Positions 61,371 to 64,000 of a stretch of 64,000 nucleotides of DNA are shown piece by piece; the first letter of the stretch is position 1, and each line of letters begins with the position of its first letter. The notes under the pieces are model-generated. The model was not told the origin of the DNA. It did not search any database and saw nothing but the letters and a program-made list of their open reading frames with translations. The translations under genes and the position numbers were made by a program. This DNA comes from an uncultured Nitrospiraceae bacterium (GTDB taxonomy: Bacteria; Nitrospirota; Thermodesulfovibrionia; Thermodesulfovibrionales; Dissulfurispiraceae). The stretch covers positions 1,152,001 through 1,216,000 of the forward strand of contig CAVSHF010000003.1 of assembly GCA_963727805.1 (NCBI GenBank), given 5' to 3'.

Positions 61371-62492
61371 TCAGTTCAGCTCTACCAGCTCGTAATCCCT
61401 ATTGCCGAGGCCGAGTCGAACAGCCTCTTCTAACTGAAGCATATAGGGTTTATGGTGAATTTTCATTAAGATATCCTCTCCATCCACTATATTCTCATCC
61501 GCAGCAACAGAGGAAGGCAATGGCTTCGAATGAAGCAGCATATCGATAGATGCCTGTTCGATCGCCACAATATCAGCCGAAATAAGGATACCCAAATCCT
61601 GAATAACCGGCACTTCTGCAGCGGGCATGCAGTCACATTCTGGCTGTATTTCGGTCAGAAAATTGATGTACAAAACCTTTCCTGTCTTGAAAGTGCCAAG
61701 CACAGCCCTTGTCGCTTCGGCGAGAGATTTCATGAAAAGTTCATCATCCCCAGGAAGGGTCAGGCCTCCTTCCGGGCAGACCCTCGTGCATCTTCCGCAG
61801 CGCCAGCATCGTTCGTTGTCATATGTCAGGCATCCATCTTTGAACTCGATGCAGTCGAGGGGGCAAATCTCTTCACATTGATAGCAGAACGTGCACTTCT
61901 GTTCATCCCAAATGAGCTTTCCCTCTCCAATGGTATGCATGGCACCCCTGCCGCATTTCCATCCGCAATGCCGATGTCGTGCACTTACTCCGCCCATCGC
62001 CAGATTCTTGATGGCACCGGCATATCCCGCATTGATATGCCCTTTTACGTGGGAACAGACCACCATTGCAGGAACATCGTGGATCACCGAGGCGATGGCG
62101 ATCTCCCCGAGGATGTCCCCTGCTTGCACCATAATGTTATCTTGCCCATAAAGGCCATCGGCAAGCACCACGGGTGCTCCAACCGAGAGCTGGTTGATTC
62201 CGTTCTGATTCGCGACTTCAATATAATCGAGGCCCATAATTCGCACCGTATCGGTCACAAAGGGTTTTGTCCCCGCCATTTTCAGGGCATCGACTACTTT
62301 TCTTAGGAATATTGACCGCACTATCCGGTGAGCTCCCTCTGACCCGAAGTGGGTCTTTACTGCTACCCATTCTTTGAGCTCAAAATAGCAAGCAAGGTTG
62401 ATTTCCCGCAACAATCGTTCCAGTTTGCCCGGCATGCTCTCAGAATATCTCCACTTCTTTACTCGTGCTGAAGTGAAATAGACTTTAGACAT
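61371..62492 (-). CDS. DUF362 protein with 4Fe-4S ferredoxin domain
   Basis: AVKTHFG, SHVKGH, GAIKNLAMG, two CxxCxxCxxxCP motifs, PECDC. Confidence 0.88.
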   Translation of the reverse strand: MSKVYFTSARVKKWRYSESMPGKLERLLREINLACYFELKEWVAVKTHFGSEGAHRIVRSIFLRKVVDALKMAGTKPFVTDTVRIMGLDYIEVANQNGINQLSVGAPVVLADGLYGQDNIMVQAGDILGEIAIASVIHDVPAMVVCSHVKGHINAGYAGAIKNLAMGGVSARHRHCGWKCGRGAMHTIGEGKLIWDEQKCTFCYQCEEICPLDCIEFKDGCLTYDNERCWRCGRCTRVCPEGGLTLPGDDELFMKSLAEATRAVLGTFKTGKVLYINFLTEIQPECDCMPAAEVPVIQDLGILISADIVAIEQASIDMLLHSKPLPSSVAADENIVDGEDILMKIHHKPYMLQLEEAVRLGLGNRDYELVELN

Positions 62493-62641
62493 ATAGACTC
62501 CTTCATACGCTGATGTCATACGCTTCCAAGGGCAAAAGGCTGCAGTTTCAAAATGTCTTCTTGAGCCTCATTTCTTTGTATATTAGATATAGTATATATT
62601 GTATAGTATAGTCTTCAAATTTCATTATAAAGCGGGGGGGA

Positions 62642-64000
62642 ATGAGATATATATATTTTGTCATCGCCTTGCTGATGATGTGCCCGGCGGCTTTTTCGGA
62701 TGCATCGAATGATCCCGGCCTCATTGGACCGGAATACACTCTCTCTGTCTCATGCGATATCCTGCATTCCAGCATCAGAGGACATGCGCGCATCGCTGTC
62801 TCCGGCGATAGAGAACTAGTTTTCAATGTCTCTCATCTCTCAATTCATGACGTGACGATCAACGGCAGAAAAATTGCATTTACTAGCAGCCGAGACACAA
62901 TAAGCATCAAAACCAAGGAAGAAGGGGTGCTCGAAATCGGCTATGAAGGCACCTTCAGGCCATCCAGGGCAGAAGAGGCGAGGGATGATATAATCGATAA
63001 TGTCATCAGCGAACAGGGGATCTCGCTCACCGGGATCTGGTATCCACGCCTCGATGGCCTGATGACTTACAGACTGACCGCTCTCCTGCCCGACAGTTAC
63101 GAGGCAATATCGGAAGCCGAACGCATCGCCTCAACAATAAAGGCTGGAAAGCGGGAGTTTACTTTTTTTTTCGACCATCCAGTTGATCATCTGACATTCG
63201 TTGCGTCAGACAGATACAAAGTACTTCGAGACAGATCCGGAGCCGTCGACCTTTATGCCTATTTCTTCGAAGAAGACCTGGATCTTGCGAAACAGTATGT
63301 CGAACACGCAAAAAAATACATTGATATGTATCGAAAATTGATTTATCCCTATCCGTACCAAAGATTTTCGATAGTCGAAAATATTTTACCCACCGGATAT
63401 TCCATGCCGACCTTCACTCTCCTGGGCCGGGATGTCGTGAAATTGCCCTTTATCGTCGAAACATCGCTCGGCCATGAGATCCTTCATCAATGGTTCGGCA
63501 ATTCCGTGTACGTCGACTACAAAAAAGGCAATTGGTCCGAAGGCCTGACGACCTATCTTTCAGACTATCTTTATGAGGAGCAAAAAGGCAACGGTGCCGA
63601 TTACCGAAAGCAGATAATGATCGATTACCAGAGTTACGTCAACAATGACAATGTCTTTCCGCTCAGGGAGTTCAGGGGAAGGACCGATTTTTCTTCCAAG
63701 ACGATAGGATACGGTAAAGCGGCGATGCTCTTTCACATGTTGAGAAAGGAGCTCGGCGATAACAAGTTCTATGAAGCCCTCAAGGACTTCGTTAAGAAGA
63801 ATTCCTTTAGAATGGCTTCCTGGGGCGCTCTTATCTCATCCTTTGAAACAACATCAGGGATAGAGCTCAAAAATATCGTCAACCAGTGGCTGGATAGACC
63901 GATTATCCCAGAACTGCAGGCCGGAAGAGCTTTAGTGCGACAGAAAGCCGAAGGCTATGAGACATCGTTTTCATTAAAACAAGAAGAGGGACCTTTTAAC
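62642..64000 (+). CDS. M1-family aminopeptidase (runs off window end)
   Basis: Signal peptide from ATG 62642; GYSMP, HEILHQWFGN...WSEGL, YGK. Confidence 0.88.
   Translation, partial: MRYIYFVIALLMMCPAAFSDASNDPGLIGPEYTLSVSCDILHSSIRGHARIAVSGDRELVFNVSHLSIHDVTINGRKIAFTSSRDTISIKTKEEGVLEIGYEGTFRPSRAEEARDDIIDNVISEQGISLTGIWYPRLDGLMTYRLTALLPDSYEAISEAERIASTIKAGKREFTFFFDHPVDHLTFVASDRYKVLRDRSGAVDLYAYFFEEDLDLAKQYVEHAKKYIDMYRKLIYPYPYQRFSIVENILPTGYSMPTFTLLGRDVVKLPFIVETSLGHEILHQWFGNSVYVDYKKGNWSEGLTTYLSDYLYEEQKGNGADYRKQIMIDYQSYVNNDNVFPLREFRGRTDFSSKTIGYGKAAMLFHMLRKELGDNKFYEALKDFVKKNSFRMASWGALISSFETTSGIELKNIVNQWLDRPIIPELQAGRALVRQKAEGYETSFSLKQEEGPFN

Overview
Bacterial chromosomal window, about 48-50% GC by eye. 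Gene content and order (ilvC-psd-pssA-leuA, a c7-type cytochrome, an M1 peptidase) suggest an anaerobic Nitrospirota or Desulfobacterota-like organism; this is inference. The left third holds housekeeping genes plus a compact three-gene operon matching the bacterial ceramide pathway (CerR-like reductase, serine palmitoyltransferase, bCerS-like GNAT). At 17.5-22.8 kb an accessory patch contains two diverged direct copies of a highly structured non-coding element (about 525 and 320 nt; copy 1 sits behind a near-consensus sigma70 promoter). The copies flank an OmpR/BaeS-type two-component system, a small secreted protein ending in -EGC and a decayed c7 cytochrome. A 51-bp four-repeat operator occurs both there and at 161-211. 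From about 28.8 to 57.2 kb lies a type II FAS/PKS lipid cluster of the aryl-polyene/ladderane-island type: 3 catalytic KS, 2 KS-like factors, 3 ACPs, 4 B12-radical SAM enzymes, a radical SAM-hotdog fusion, a stand-alone condensation-like protein, acyl- and glycosyltransferases, and MMPL/LolA export. A HemN-like radical SAM, a methyltransferase and a PagL-like gene lie next to it (23.9-27.9 kb). The right end has VOC proteins, a frameshifted gene, a DUF362 Fe-S protein and a truncated M1 aminopeptidase. No rRNA, tRNA, CRISPR array or intact transposase was recognised. All calls come from motif recognition by eye; no searches were run.
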